Of a stretch of 64,000 nucleotides of DNA, positions 37,787-51,387 are shown piece after piece. Position numbers and translations under genes: made by a program. Below the pieces are notes generated by a model. The model was given only the letters and a program-made list of their open reading frames with translations, was not told where the DNA came from and made no database searches. Each line of letters opens with the position of its first letter. The first letter of the stretch is position 1. Source of the stretch: Lepidodermella squamata (Eukaryota; Animalia; Gastrotricha); assembly GCA_047495785.1 (NCBI GenBank), contig JBLDXI010000002.1:1240001-1304000 (forward strand), written 5' to 3'.

Positions 37787-38649
37787 TTTTTCGTTTTATA
37801 AAAAACAACTAAAAAGGCAAAATGTTCAAAAAATCTTCATTTTTTACTTGATACAAAAGTGCGCACACAATACTGATTAAGTATATAATTATTTACCGCA
37901 ATAAATTTTTGAAATTCTCTCTCTCAATATTTTTTTGAAATAATAGACAAGAATAAGTCGATAACAATAATACTCTTGGTGTCGATCAGATTTTCTTTTT
38001 TTTGCCGCAAAAAAATCAAAACAAAGCACGAGGTAATAATTCTAGTATATTAAAGGTAAAAAATTCCCTCTCAATTTTTCAGACACAGTGCTTATATTAC
38101 GTATCATCCTTTATATAGAGAAGAAAAAATCGATGCGCATTACCTCGATTAAAATCGATTGAAAAATAGCGCGCAATTTTGATCTCAAGTATACATGAAA
38201 TATTTTTGGACAGATATTATATAGGTAAATAAAGATTTAATCCGCAATAATACTGTATAATTATTATGCAATTCATCTCATTTCAACTTCAAATCTTGGT
38301 TTCAGATAAAGACCGGCGAATATTTTTTGCACATAACTCAATAATAGTTTTAGTTCAAGCCGGTCAAAAAAAATCAGAGATCGTGGGTGAGCAGACGAAC
38401 AAAAAATTATAGGCGGTAGGTTTTTCCGGGCCAGAAAAAATTTCGAAAAAAATCCACCTTAACATTTTTTTCGAATTTTTCGCGGCCACGGAAAGTCGAA
38501 ACAAACGACAGACGAGCAACGAAACAAAAAATCGAGCGATTTGATGACTAAGAAGAACAAGAAGAACAAGAAGACGCCAGTATAAGAAAGTCGTAGAAAC
38601 AAAATTAAAGTAGCAGAATAGAAAGAACTGAAACAAATGCGCAGGTGTT

Positions 38650-41600
38650 TTACGGCTCGTCCGAGGCTGAGAGCGGCGGCGTCGCCGGGGCGATAACATC
38701 GACAACACACGCGACATTTTTCTGCCGCTTCGCTGAGCCGCGCGAGTTCGATTTACTCGATGAACATTTCAGCGAACATTTCGAGGCAGTCGATGCTGGT
38801 TCGAGAAGGCGAGACACTTCTTCGGTCGATGACGAGCCGCCGCGGTCGATTTCGTCGTGGACCGGTGAGTTTTGGTTCGACGAGGACGCGGCCGAGCTGC
38901 GGCGGCTGCTGCCGAAATGCGGCCGGTGCGAGTGGAAAATCGAGTGGACTTGCACGGCGGGCGGGCGGATGTGGACTAGTTGAATTTCCGTGTCGCCGCC
39001 TATGCCCGACGAATCGGCGCTGGTTGTCTCGCCGGCGTGCATCAGCAGGTCGAGCTGGACCGGGTACAGCTCGAGCGACCGCCCGCCGCCAGTCGACTCC
39101 AATTCGCAGTGATAGCGACCATAAGGCAACTGAAAGAAGAAAAATTTCAAAATAAAATTTGAATAAAATCCAAAATTGTCATTAAAATCCGATTAAAGGA
39201 TAATTAATTTAGCTTGTTGGCATCAACAGTAGAAATACGAGGGTTTCTTTTGCATAAAATTTGCCACCTCGTCAGCTCACATTTGAGATACTACTCAAGG
39301 TGATTACAGCTAAAATCGATTTACAGAAAAAATTCTTCGGGTGTCGTTTTAGACTAAAATTCTGCTCGGGTATTTTCTTACCTATACTCCCCCAAAAATC
39401 GAAGAAAAATTGGATTCAAGCATAGTTAGTATGCAACCCAAACTTAGGTTATAAATTTAGCGTAACAGGCTCAATGAACTCTCTGAACCCAAACAAAGAA
39501 AATACACGGAAAAGGGTTCAGAAACTCTAAAGTCACATCACATGGCCAGAAAATTTCAAGAAAAATTCAAAAAATCACGATAACATTAATCAAGTATGTT
39601 AATTGTTAATGAGACTAAAAATTCCGGGGAAATTTGGTCCAACCGGGAAAAAACCGAAAATTACCGAACCAGTTACCATCGGGGTTTTTGAAATAAACTT
39701 CTTTCATGGGTAAATTCAAAGTTTTTTCGTCAGTAAAATAAATTCTTCCATCTATGCTGTTTCCCGGTTAGCAGACAAACCTAACTTTTCAGTGCAATCG
39801 ATGAAGGTAGAGTTAGGATAGTCTAACAATCATTAAATTGGGGCCGCCCGATCTTCGCCTAGGGCGAAGAAAATTCCAAAGCCTTAATTCATTTTTGGTA
39901 ACAAATCAATGGCTTGAAAAAAGCCATTCATTTTCCGGCCGGCTAAACTGGTGTCTAAAGAAAGCTCTCATGCTAGGGTGTGAGAAAAAGTTGATAATTT
40001 CCTACCATTAAATGATGCCGAGCTTCAACGAGGAAAATAAACATTTTAGTGGCGAAAAAAGTGAAACATTTACTGGAAAAAAGATAGGTCCGGGTTTTTA
40101 ATTACTTCGGTTAAATCGCGGATAAAATATTCTCTCGGTAGGTATAATTTGATACAATTAGTTGAATTTCCTACTAAAAGTTTTCAAATAAAAAAATAAA
40201 TGAAAGAATTCTAGGACACGCTATACTAAGATGTATATTTCTCAATTCTTTTCTTCAAAATTTCAGGGATGTTCAGCCATCAAACTTTTTAGCGATTTTT
40301 CATGTCACATTTGAGGTTGTCGGATAAATTAAGACATTTGCCTAATAAAATCAGACGCATGTCTGACGAAAGATCCACACGCCCCCGCTGACTGTCCTGA
40401 GTTGGGAAAAACATTTTCAATTGCGAAAAATTAGGTAAAATGGACAAATTCTCAATTTATACAGAAATTACCTTGTACATTCATCTCTGCTGATGTTTTA
40501 CCTTCAAAAAAACATGGTTTCGTCCAAATTCACCCCTCGTTATAGTAGAATTTTTAAAGCTATTCAATTAGCCAAATTAACACGTAAAAATACCTCAAAT
40601 TCCAGCAATTTTCCCCATGAATAAGAAAATATTTTCAATATTTTCAAAAGCTAATTAAAATTAGGTACCAGTATACCAACGTAATTGCCAATATTCTAAA
40701 ATTTCAAATTTAAGTATCAAATAAATAAAATAAATTATTAGCGCATTTTTTTTAATTTATTCGACAATTTTTCATTTTTTACCTACTTAGAATTGGCCCG
40801 CGATTCGTTGTTGTCATACTATTTAGTAAACAAAAAACCGCAGGGGCTCAAAAATGTCGCAAAAGAATGATCAAAAGCTGGGGGCAGGGAACAAAACATG
40901 TCTCAGAGTGACATTAAAACCGCATAATTACACCTCAAAAACGTGCGCACATATATCTAAGAAACAAAAAGACTGTTTATGGCCTGATCAATCTGACAAC
41001 GCTTGAAGTTAGAGCGCTGAGGTAAACAACAAAAAGACAGCCAATAAGATGCAAATTTTGCCCCCTTCAATAAAATTTAGAATTTCTCTACAAATGGGTA
41101 TTATTTTGTGGCCCTAAACAAAGTTTTTAAACTAAAATAGGACAACCGGCATGGCAAAATCACGCGTAATTGTAAAATTTTGAACATTTTTCCTAGAAAG
41201 AATAGGGTCAAGTCGATTATAAACACATTATTCCAAGAATAGATTAAGCCTCACAGTATCGATTAAGGATTAAAGATAAAATCCTGATCGCAGCGACAAC
41301 AAATTTTATATCCGGGACAAAATTAGTGTTTCTAACTTACTTCAATTCCAGACGCAGTGAGAATATCCAGTTTACAAACAGGGCACGTGTGATTTTCCAT
41401 TAGCCAAGGATCGATACACACCTTGTGATAAAGATGCCTAAAAATTGCGTGATAGAAATGAAAGTTCATTCATATTCATTCAATCGCGCGACTCACTTGC
41501 ACGGAAGAATTCGAATTGTATCGTTCTGGCGAAAGTGCTCAATACACACCGTGCACTGCTCAGACTGGTAATTAACATCATCAGCACCGTTGCCTCGAAT

Positions 41601-42404
41601 TGTTTTCAATGGCATTTTTGAAAGCGCTTTTTTAGCAGCCTTTGCTATTCGTTTCTAATAAAAATAAATTATTAACAAATATTACGAAAAATGTATCACC
41701 CTTACCGATATGTATTCTCTAGTATGAGCATGTCTGAATCGTTCCACGTAGTAAAAAGCAAGCCAGCCCAGGCTGATAATCATCAGCACAATGAAAGAAA
41801 TAGCGACGAAAAATATTGAGTTTTTGCTAAGGAAGGTCAACGTGTGATTATTCGCGTTGTTGCTGTTCGGGTACATCACACTAGGCCCGCTATTACTGTT
41901 CGCGTTATTGCCGTTATTACCGCTCGGAACTATTATAATATCTTCGCCCGAGGCAATCGTCCCGCCCATGCAAAACGCATTACAACATTCCACCCGTTTG
42001 ATAATAGAGATTTTTGTTGTTTCCGACAAATTATGTGAATGTTCGTTCAACGGAAAGAAGGAAATAAGGAGTGAAGCATTGCCGGAGTCCGGGTTTGCGC
42101 AGATAGGTAAGCCAAGGTAAGTAACGAAAACACTAGAATTCCGCATGTGAACCAGGCTGCCAAAGAACTTTGAATAGGTGCATTGGCGGCCCTCGGTGAT
42201 TTTTGTGATAACAACAGCCGGCACATAAGGCTCCGTCCATGGGGCGGCAAATGAAACAGGAACAAGTTCGTTCAGGAAATCTGACTGTCTCACGCCGTTG
42301 TGATAATACGTGAGCAGAAGGCGAAGTGTGGCTTTGTTTCCATGAATAGCACGCAAGTTACAACATATTGCAATGACAAAACTTATGGCAGATAATGTCC
42401 CCAT
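38650..42404 (-). CDS. Goliath/GRAIL-family (RNF130/RNF150-like) PA-TM-RING-H2 E3 ligase; exons ~42404-41707, 41654-41518, 41437-41341, 39130-38650
   Basis: Signal peptide, [31 protein letters not shown], and spliced RING-H2 CTVCIEHF...[33 protein letters not shown]. Ser-rich tail. Confidence 0.88.
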
Positions 42405-43050
42405 CCTACAAAAAACACCAATTGATTATAAGTAGAAGGAAAATCCAAGTCTAGAAGTTGCGAGGTGAAGATAAAATAACAATGACATCTATTAGCGGAG
42501 AAAATTCAGAAATAAATCGAAGAGCGACATAGCTCTTTTAATCAAATTAAACTGGAACACAGAGGAGATCCTGGACGCCATTTCGCTGCCATGGTATTAA
42601 TGGTTGCAAATAAACAGGAATGTCAGGACGTGGGAAAGGAGAACGCAAACAAAAAAATGCTTAGCTTCAAAGCGGTTGAGCCCTGGTTAACCTCATTACA
42701 GGGCTAGATGGGAGCGAAACGAGCATTCATTGAAATTAAGCTCTTCTAGTAGCCACACTGCCATTAGTGAGGACGCAATCAGTGGTAGAAAAGAGAAAAG
42801 GCTAAGGGCAACTCCAGTCTGAAACCCCACTTTTAAGCACAGTAATAAGAAATAAGCAATTTCAGCCTATCTAGGGTGGGATTCAATTTATTTTAAACCG
42901 CTGTAATTTTGCATGCTTGAAACTAAAAAAAAATGTTGGGAGCGGCGCTTATTGTTTCTAGTAAAAGAAGCCAGAACTGCCGGGTGTTCAAGTTTTAGCA
43001 TTTGACAGACTGCTTCAAGCAAGAACCTCAGATATCAGCCATAATAATTA

Positions 43051-43199
43051 GGATGTGGCTATGTGAACACAGGAAAAGTGTATCGCCCAATGGCTATGCG
43101 TACACACATTGCGTGACACACAGCCAGATTTAAGCGCGCGCTGTGTTCACATAGAGTGTATTGGGCGATACACAATCCTGTGTTCACATAGACAGGACC
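43051..43199. mobile_element. 149-bp MULE-type MITE with 9-bp TSD (TAATAATTA)
   Basis: Arms ctatgtgaacacagga..gtgtatcgcccaat and attgggcgatacac..tcctgtgttcacatag. GG...CC termini. taataatta at both 43042-43050 and 43200-43208. Confidence 0.85.
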
Positions 43200-45021
43200 T
43201 AATAATTAGATACCGAAAGCCGAGAGCCTCCGGTTTCCGGTCCTAGCGCATTCATTTCTCAATGGCGATCTTCGAAAAGGAACGTCATCCTAAAAAACTG
43301 AGTTTTTCTTCAGCAGCAATCAGTACTATTAGAAGGGACGGGCAAAAGCAATAGCCCATCTAACAAGATAGCCTCAAAGTCGCACCATAACTGGTTTTGT
43401 GATACGAAAATCAGCAATTAGACTGTTCAAGTCAATAAACCAGGCAGGAAGGTCGGCTATCTCCCAACGAACTCCGAAAATATCCTAGTTTCCGATTTCC
43501 GATTCCGATACGTACTTTCCACTCTCACACACACGTTCCAGGTGCGATCGCATTCCGAATCGTCGATGGATCAATCGATCAAAAAGCCAAAAATGAAAGT
43601 CTGCGAAGTGAAATTACGTGAAGATCATCAAAATTTATGCAAATCAAAATATAAAAAATCGTTAAAAATCTTATTTTTGAGCATAAACTAAAAGTTGTAT
43701 GTACATTTAACAACAAAATTAGCCGCATACTTTTACTTGATTTTTTTGAACGATCGTGGCGCAGCATAAGGTCATAACTCATTTTTCTTACCACAAAAGA
43801 GCGAGCTTAATTGATTTATAGTGAAATCAGCTAGAAATACTGTGTCTCGCTATTCCTATTGATAGGCAGAAGACTTCCGGACTCCAGATCTGTCTTGGTG
43901 GCTGACAAAGTCCCGTCAACTTTTGTCAACTTGTCATTTTTCGATGAGCGCGCGTCAAATGTTTTTCGACTGCACTTGTGCGTCTGGAACGCACATGGCA
44001 TTGTGAATATTGATTCATACTAGCCATATTCCAGCCAGAAATAGTTCCGCAGAAGTAGCTCGCCGCTAAAGGCGACATCTGATTCATCCAATGCTCTCCT
44101 GACACTGCGTGATGATTACCATAATAATCATTTAATCTGTGTAGGTGTAAAATTCCTGTTCTTCTGCTCAATTCAGATAGGCATTTAGACATCCTAAACG
44201 GCCGCACCTGATGGGAAATTCTCATAAAATCTTTCGAATATTTGGAAGAAAATGGTCTGATTTACTACACTCTCAATCTTTATTGCAATAAGCATTAATT
44301 GTTCCAAGCCAGTTTCCATGCGAAGTGAGCTTATAAATTGTTGGCAACTTGGATTCTCCGAGACTATTCCAGGTTGATAAGTCAGATTTAATTTCACAGA
44401 GAGAGGAAGCCTGCCTTTTAAACAGTTACCTACTATAAAAGTAAGATTTCGTTTCTCTAAATCGAATTGGTATTAGACTGTAATGACTGCTCTCTTAATT
44501 TCGGATTTCGTAATTCCGAAATTTTTTCATCTTGATCATTGATCCAGCTGAATCCAGGAAATCTCTTGCTATGATAGGTATGATATTTCAAGGATATAAT
44601 TTCGTTGAATGGCCAATTAAGGTCGTTTCTGGCGCATTTTGCCGGGATCTTAAACTTTAATCTTAAAGAGAAGGAATTGAAGAACTTCGCCGTTTCAACG
44701 TAAAATCAGGATTGCCTTAGTCTCCCATAATTGCCACAGTAAACTGAATTTTACCCTCACAAAGGATCCGGCTTCAAGCAATCTCGAACTACTTTTTGAT
44801 TTTCCGCAAGCAAATTTACCAAGAGCGGAGGTTTTAATTAGGATGGATAGCTTAACTTTCAGGGCCTGGTTTGACACCGTATTTGATAAAAAGGATTTGG
44901 ATGCTATCCCGGGAAAATCTTCCACGGCTCGTCATGCTATGCTCGTAGTAGCGTCATAGTCGTAGTAGCGTGCGCTGAATAGCAGTCAAAAACGGTGAAA
45001 GGAATGAAAATGGATAACATA

Positions 45022-45875
45022 CACCTTTTTTACTTTGCAATTTCGTTATTTTTATTAAAGAAAAACGCGTTTATTTTTTCATGATTATCAGCGTATTCAT
45101 TTTTTTCTTACTTTTTTCTACCTAATGATTTACTCGATCTTCGAAGGTTCGCTGTATGCGAATACGAAACCCGAATGGAATGAATTATATATCAAATTGA
45201 AGCTAGATATATAATCTTTTCAAATATTTGATCAGATCGACAAAATCATTATTTCTTTCGCAGAAACTAAGGAGTAAGTAGAATGAACTGCAAAGATGTT
45301 TTCCTTGGGTAGTTTTTATATTTTATAGGTATAAGGCCCCTCCCTCCTCCCCAAAAATGATTAGAACAATCAGGCGAAGGTGATATCTCGAGTAGAAGCG
45401 ATAGAACCTCAACAAATTTGGCTTTAGTAGCATTTTGGGCAATAGCTTACGCGGGTGCTGAGGTAGTTTTCACAAATATTGCTTTGGTTTCATCATGAAA
45501 TGATGAAATTAGCGAAGACTAAGTAATAGAATAGTTCCTTAGTAGTTATTTGTAGAAAAATAAACATCATTGTAGGTAAAATCAGAAGAAACTTTCCGAT
45601 CAACCAGTCGGCTAAAACGTTGAATACCTTCAAGAACAAAATGGCATCCAGTATTCTAATTTCACAGCTAGATAGATCAGATCTCTAGCTTCAATTTGAT
45701 ATATAATTCATCGCATTCGGGTTTCGTATTCGCATACAGCGAACCTTCGAAGATCGAGTAAATCCTTAGGTAGAAAAAAGTAAGAAAATGAATAAAATGA
45801 ATACGCTGATAATCATGAACAAATAAACGCGTGTTTCTTTAATAAAAATAATGAAATTGCAAAGTAAAAAAGGTG
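45022..45875. mobile_element. Non-autonomous DNA transposon with ~190-bp TIRs and TA flanks (Tc1/mariner-type)
   Basis: 45022-~45210 is the near-perfect reverse complement of ~45683-45875 (CACCTTTTTTACTTTGCAATTTC...). TA on both sides; no internal ORF. Confidence 0.88.
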
Positions 45876-48800
45876 TAGGGCGTTGAGGTCTGGAAAATTA
45901 ACCGCTGATGATTCCGAATAGCTATTTTCCCTATATTCTACTTCGCGAAATACTTCGCAAGCCCGTTAGTTAAAAGAAAGGCACTGGAGTTGATTACCTT
46001 TTATTGAAAGGTAATAAGTTCTTTTATTGAAGAGGTAGAGCTGGTCATCATGCACCAGAATCCGAAGAGCGTTGCTTTCTAAGGAATTGCTTCTTGCTGG
46101 GTGGCAGTAATACCCTCGGTTGTAGATCCTTCACCGCGATCGCCCAATCATCTCGGTCAGCAATAGCCGAGCGAAGCCGCACAACACTCGTCTAAGTCGG
46201 CATGGTGGCAATGGAGCTTGCAGTGTCGCACGGTGCAAAAGTTCTATGGTGCAAAAGATGGACGCCGACCCGGACAGCAATACCCGTTGATCTGCGACAT
46301 CACACCCTCTGGTTCACACCCTATACGGCGCTGCGGCCCGGCATCCTCTGCCTTCGGCCAGCAATAGCCACTAGATTAACACTTGAGTGCTTGTGCTAAA
46401 TATCCTTAATATGTGCTATAATCATGCATGTGATGCTTGCACGCCAATAAGTAAATTAAGTTTCTTAGAATTCAGCTACCGGTCATAGTAGGACGCAGTC
46501 ATTTCGTGACTACTAGGTAGCAACGTTCCGAGCACTATGGAATCATCGTCAGACTGAAATCTCGGCAAAATTTATCAACCCCCATTTGCCATTCAATTAA
46601 TTCCCAGCATACTTTTTAGCCGGAAGATGAGAAGAAATAAGAAAGAGCGGAAGAACCTTGGAAAAAACAAGTTTCCCAAGTACTCGGGCCTGCCCTCGAC
46701 AGACGTAGCCGAAGTAGCACTTTGAAAGTTAAAGAGAGTTGAGTTGAGTTGACGCTTGACGCCTATGCAGATATTCGGCTTGCTTTGAAACGGCGAATCC
46801 CTTGCAAATACAAGTGTCGAGAAGTTATTAGAATGCTCCAGGTCATCTTACACTGATACACTGATTTATTGTTGCAATTTATCTCGCGACGTTTAGCAAT
46901 TAAAAAGGGTCGAGGCGCCTCACCACCGATATAGTATATTGTTCTAGTTCACAGGCAATGTTTTTAGTATATTTTACAAAATTAAAATGAGAGCTGTTTA
47001 CGACCTCAGAGGGTATAGACAGATCTTGCACAGTTCGAAAAAAGCTCTCTAATAATTCGGGCCCAGCCTGAACTTTTGATGTTCATTTTCGATGTTCGAG
47101 CTTCTCCGGAACAGTCCTTCTGGTCTTTAAACTAGCCATGTCCGGGGTTCGTGATTAAGATCGATTATTGAAAAGCACAGCCACTCCAATAAAAAAGATA
47201 TTCAAGGGCTACCCAACTCCAAACGTAGTTATCCCGCTCCGAACGTAGTTATCCAAAAGTTTCGAAAAGTTTTCCACGGCAAAGTCTTACAAAACAATGT
47301 GACCAACTCGAGTTTTGCATGCACGCAATCGAGAATCTGACCTGCTGAATCTAAGACTGGCCATGAACTCTCAGAATCTGAGGCAAATATTCATAAATAT
47401 TAAATATTAAAGGAAACTAAGATTTTCCACATGTTCCACGACGAATCTTCCATTCATTTCCAAGTTGGAAAGATTCTTAACTACATAGATTGCGTAGCCT
47501 ATAGGAATTCCATGAACGCCGAAAAAAGACGCCTGGCCGAAATAAACGATATAACGTATAAGTAGGGAAAAGAGTTAGAAAATATAGGGCGGAACAAGAT
47601 CGAGATTTTTGTCATTTATCGTGGCTGCAACAAGCTAGAATACGAGCCATCACGCTAAACGTGTGGTAAACAGAGCTTGATACTGGTATGTAGCTCCTAA
47701 CAAGAGCTTAAATAAGCGTAAATACCCTGCCGAATTCCATAATCTTTCAAGTTGCATGTCGTCATAAGTGAACAATTCCTAAAATATAGCAAAGTTCTTA
47801 ATTACGACCAAGTTGATTCAAGTCGTAATGGGTCGTAGTTGATTGAACTTCAATTTCTGGCAGTAAAGGTTGAAAATTGTGCGACCAAGTACGACCAAGT
47901 ACGATCAGATTTGAGCTAGCCGAAAGAAGTACGAATTAGTACGACCTGGCCGTCCGATATGGGTGGTCACGGTCTCACAGTGCCGAAGAAAGATTAAAAA
48001 CCATCGCGGCTGCCCTGTGACTTAGCATGATTGCAGCTAGAAATTGAGCTGCTCTAGGTTGAAGGTAGAACTCTCAGAATCTAAAGAAACATCACAGCTA
48101 ACTAAGGTGACGTTTTTCTGACCAAGGACAAGTCATAAGTCATCGATCAGCTTTACGCCCAACCGCAACTTTTAGTGAGCATTCTACACGAAAAAACCGG
48201 CCAATGGTTACACATGACACAGGGCATAAAAACTACCAATTCCCACAGCAGCTTTAAAATTCGTGTCGTTTCAAGGTGCCGTTTGGCTCCCAGCCACCTT
48301 CCTTCCGCAGGGCTTATTCTAAAGTTTGTTCGTATTATTTAGCTAGTAACAGATCTAACGGCAAATCCAGTGCGCATAAATGCATCGAACAGAAGGAATT
48401 ACCGCGGCATGGGTGGTAATGCCGCGCTGCTAGCAATTTGAGCTCCAAAATTAATATAAACTATACTAGCCAAGTAAATTAGCGATTATTTACACTCACT
48501 TTCCACGATCTCTACCAGATGTTCCGAGTTTTTTGCTGAGCTTCACGCATATGGATATCAAAATTGAATATCCCAATTTATAAATGACCCTAACCGTTAG
48601 TCAGGAGCTTTTGCTTGGCTTAGACTGCTGGAGTCCTCACTAAAAAAATAACACAAGATATGACTTCATGGAACAGGCTTATTTCACGAATGTATCATAT
48701 TCAAATTCTCCGTTTCGGCCAAATTAGTGTGCCATGAGCATGCCACGAATAAAAAGACGTCAATTTAATACAGAGGCACTGGTGTCCTGTAAGAATGTGC

Positions 48801-49029
48801 GCTGCAGGCTTCATGTCGGCTTAATGTGCTGCGGCTCACAGTTGTTAAACGGACCACTCATGCTCGCTTTCTCTTTAACTGTACTCATGTTACAATGATT
48901 TTTTGTTTGAGGATACGAGTTGAGTGGCTTACAATGGCTAGCAGTATCATCGTGACGCCTTTAGCTGCTGCATTTTGATATGTCCTGCTGAGAGTAAGAT
49001 CAGCTATACAGTTTTCATTAACCTTCACC

Positions 49030-49798
49030 ATGCAAGTGGAGTCATCTGAAGTCATCTGCAGAGAATGCGGTTTGTTTTTCGAAAACGAAGTCGATTTGAT
49101 TGAGCACTACATGCAAAGTCACGCTGGTCCAGCTTTACTGCCGCGCAGCGGTCTCACCTGCGCCCCTTCCATTCCAGATACCGGTCATTCCGAGCCATGC
49201 AACAATACCACGACGTCATTATTCGCAAATTATTTCAACGCATGGGTTTCAAAATTCGACAGTGCTTTCAAGGGAGGACAGACATTAAGCGATATTTCAG
49301 CTCCTAGCCAACAAATCAAATCTGACAACTCATCGCTAATTTTTCATACGGCAGTTACAATGCCAGCAGCTCTTTGCCTGCCTTTCGATGGCAATGCTGA
49401 TAAATCTCAATCATCTTGCAGCGTTTCACCTGTTGAATTCAGTTCGACAAGCGAATCAACTTGCATGGAAGAGCGTCGATCGCCGAAACCAGCCAAGGCA
49501 AAATCGTCAAAACCTCGAGTGGAATGCCCGGTCTGCAAAAAAACATTCACAAGGAAATTTAAGTATAGACTTTTTCATAAATCATTGCAAGCAACTGAAC
49601 ATTTTCCCTTTTTAGCATGAAAGTGCACAGTTACATTCACAATGGTATGTCAACTCAGTAAGAAGCCGACATTATAACCCTACCATTTTTAAAGGCAACT
49701 TCCCATACCCGTGCGATATTTGCGGCAAAGCTTTCCGCGCAGGTTGCATATTGGAAAAACACATGGAGTACTGCAAGAAACGCAATGATTTGCGATAA
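49030..49798 (+). CDS. C2H2 zinc-finger protein; exons 49030-49562, 49616-49644, 49695-49798
   Basis: N-terminal finger CRECGLFF....L..HYMQSH. Spliced C-terminal pair CPVCKKTFTRKFNMKVHSYIH-NGNFPYP-CDICGKAF...LEKHMEYC. Confidence 0.82.
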
Positions 49799-50094
49799 AT
49801 CAAAACGTTTAATTTCACATTTCTAATAAATGCTTGTTTTCTTTCAAAAGGAGAAATGACTCCGCTTTTGTTTTGTTGATAGCTTTCTCGGATAAGTAAA
49901 ATCGCCCCGAGGGGTTGAGCCAAACTCTTACACGCTTTTTTGTAAGGAAACAATGCTGTCAACTAATGACTTTTTGTTTTCCTCGCTCGAGTATGCTGTT
50001 GGGGAGATTGTTCCGGATTAAGCGGAAATAATTGTGTTGTTGTGTGTTTCTGTGAGCATTTGAGCGACATTTATGCTATTTTTCTTGGCTTAAA

Positions 50095-51387
50095 ATGCCG
50101 CCTAAACACAGTATTCTAGCGATTGCAGTTCTAGGTTTGGCATCCATAGCCGTTATTAAGGCGTTGAGAGCAAGGAATATTTCTAACAATGGCAGCAATG
50201 GCAAGCTGATATCAGCAACTTTGGTAGTTCCAACGCTGAAATGGTAACAAGCCTGGCTCTACAAATCCCTCTTCCATAATTTTCTTGTTCCACAGCTTTT
50301 TCGTTGTGAACGGAGAGTTCACTTTCGAAGAGGCGAAACAAGCATGTGAAGCTAGAGATTCTGCCCTAGCCACGCTGCAAACGTTGAGCGAAGACCAATT
50401 TATCCGCAGCGAAATCGACTGGGATAAAGTTCCGGGGTTCCGTCGAAACACAACTTGGGTTGGGCAGTTGTGGCTAGGCCTGGAACGCATCAGCCCTGAA
50501 CCCTGGAAGTGGATTGATGGCTCTCCATTACGCTTCAGTTCTTGGCTAGCTGGTGAAGGAAATACCTCGAATGACGATCATGAATGTATCATAACTAGGG
50601 TTAGAAAAAATGCTGCTCTGAGCCCTCTTACATTGCGTTTCGTTTATTAACAGAATTTTGGGTGGATTAATTCATACCACTGCGACGCTACGATGGGAAA
50701 AATGAAGTACGGAGTTGGGGCGCTGTGCCAAAGAACTGTCTACGAGGCGGCATCTGATGCTTCCGAACTAGGAGCAAACTTTTGCGGAGCGGTAAATTCA
50801 GGGCATTGAATTTGATGATAATTTCTTGCATTGAACCTAGAAAATGCTCCCGACTCTGGTCAACAAGTTTTCGATGCCAAATACAGCTCGTAAGACGTAT
50901 TTCGCTATCAAAGGAAGTTTCACGTGGGAGGAAGCTCGCTGGGCCTGTAATGCGCGAGGTGGGACTCTTGCGATTCTTCGAAACCAACGAGAGGATTCAT
51001 TCGTTCGGGAAAATATCGATATTGAACTGTTGGGTGGTAACGTTTGGATCGGACTGCGACGTATGAATCCAACTTTCTTCGAATGGATTGATGGCTCATC
51101 TGCGCGCTATACTGCTTGGTTTTCGCCGGACTTGGCTAGCAAAATGCCAGAGGTTACAAGCCAGAACTGCACTGTTCTTAAAAAGTGGCAGGTAAATGAA
51201 AATTATATTTTGAATTTTTCTCTTAAATAACGAATCTAATGCCTATTAGAATTCTGAGGATGATCGAGTGCAATCTATTGGCTGGGCTCCTTTAGATTGT
51301 AGTGCTGATCTCGATTCTGCGAAAAATTGGCCTGATAGCCCCTCGTTCCCGATCGGAGCTCTGTGCGAAACAGTGATTTGGTTTTGA
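50095..51387 (+). CDS. Secreted protein with two C-type lectin-like domains; 5 exons
   Basis: Signal peptide MPPKHSILAIAVLGLASIA. Two units of F(T/W)EEA..AC...LA..........WLGL/WIGL...WIDGS...W...C...W....C...GALC. Confidence 0.85.

Noticed and set aside
37293-37880. 195-aa + strand ORF (and similar ORFs 35262-35660, 38645-39155, 55208-55666)
   Set aside because: Antisense shadows of RBM34, goliath-like and CSPP1-like exons, with no independent motifs.
43860-44935. Broken coding-like minus-strand ORFs
   Set aside because: Multiple stops and no recognisable motif; possibly a decayed element but not supportable.
47800-47962. Short AGTACGACC-like repeats, plus a 20-bp tandem duplication near 47215-47255
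   Set aside because: Probably repeat-element debris; I could not define partner termini or a TSD.
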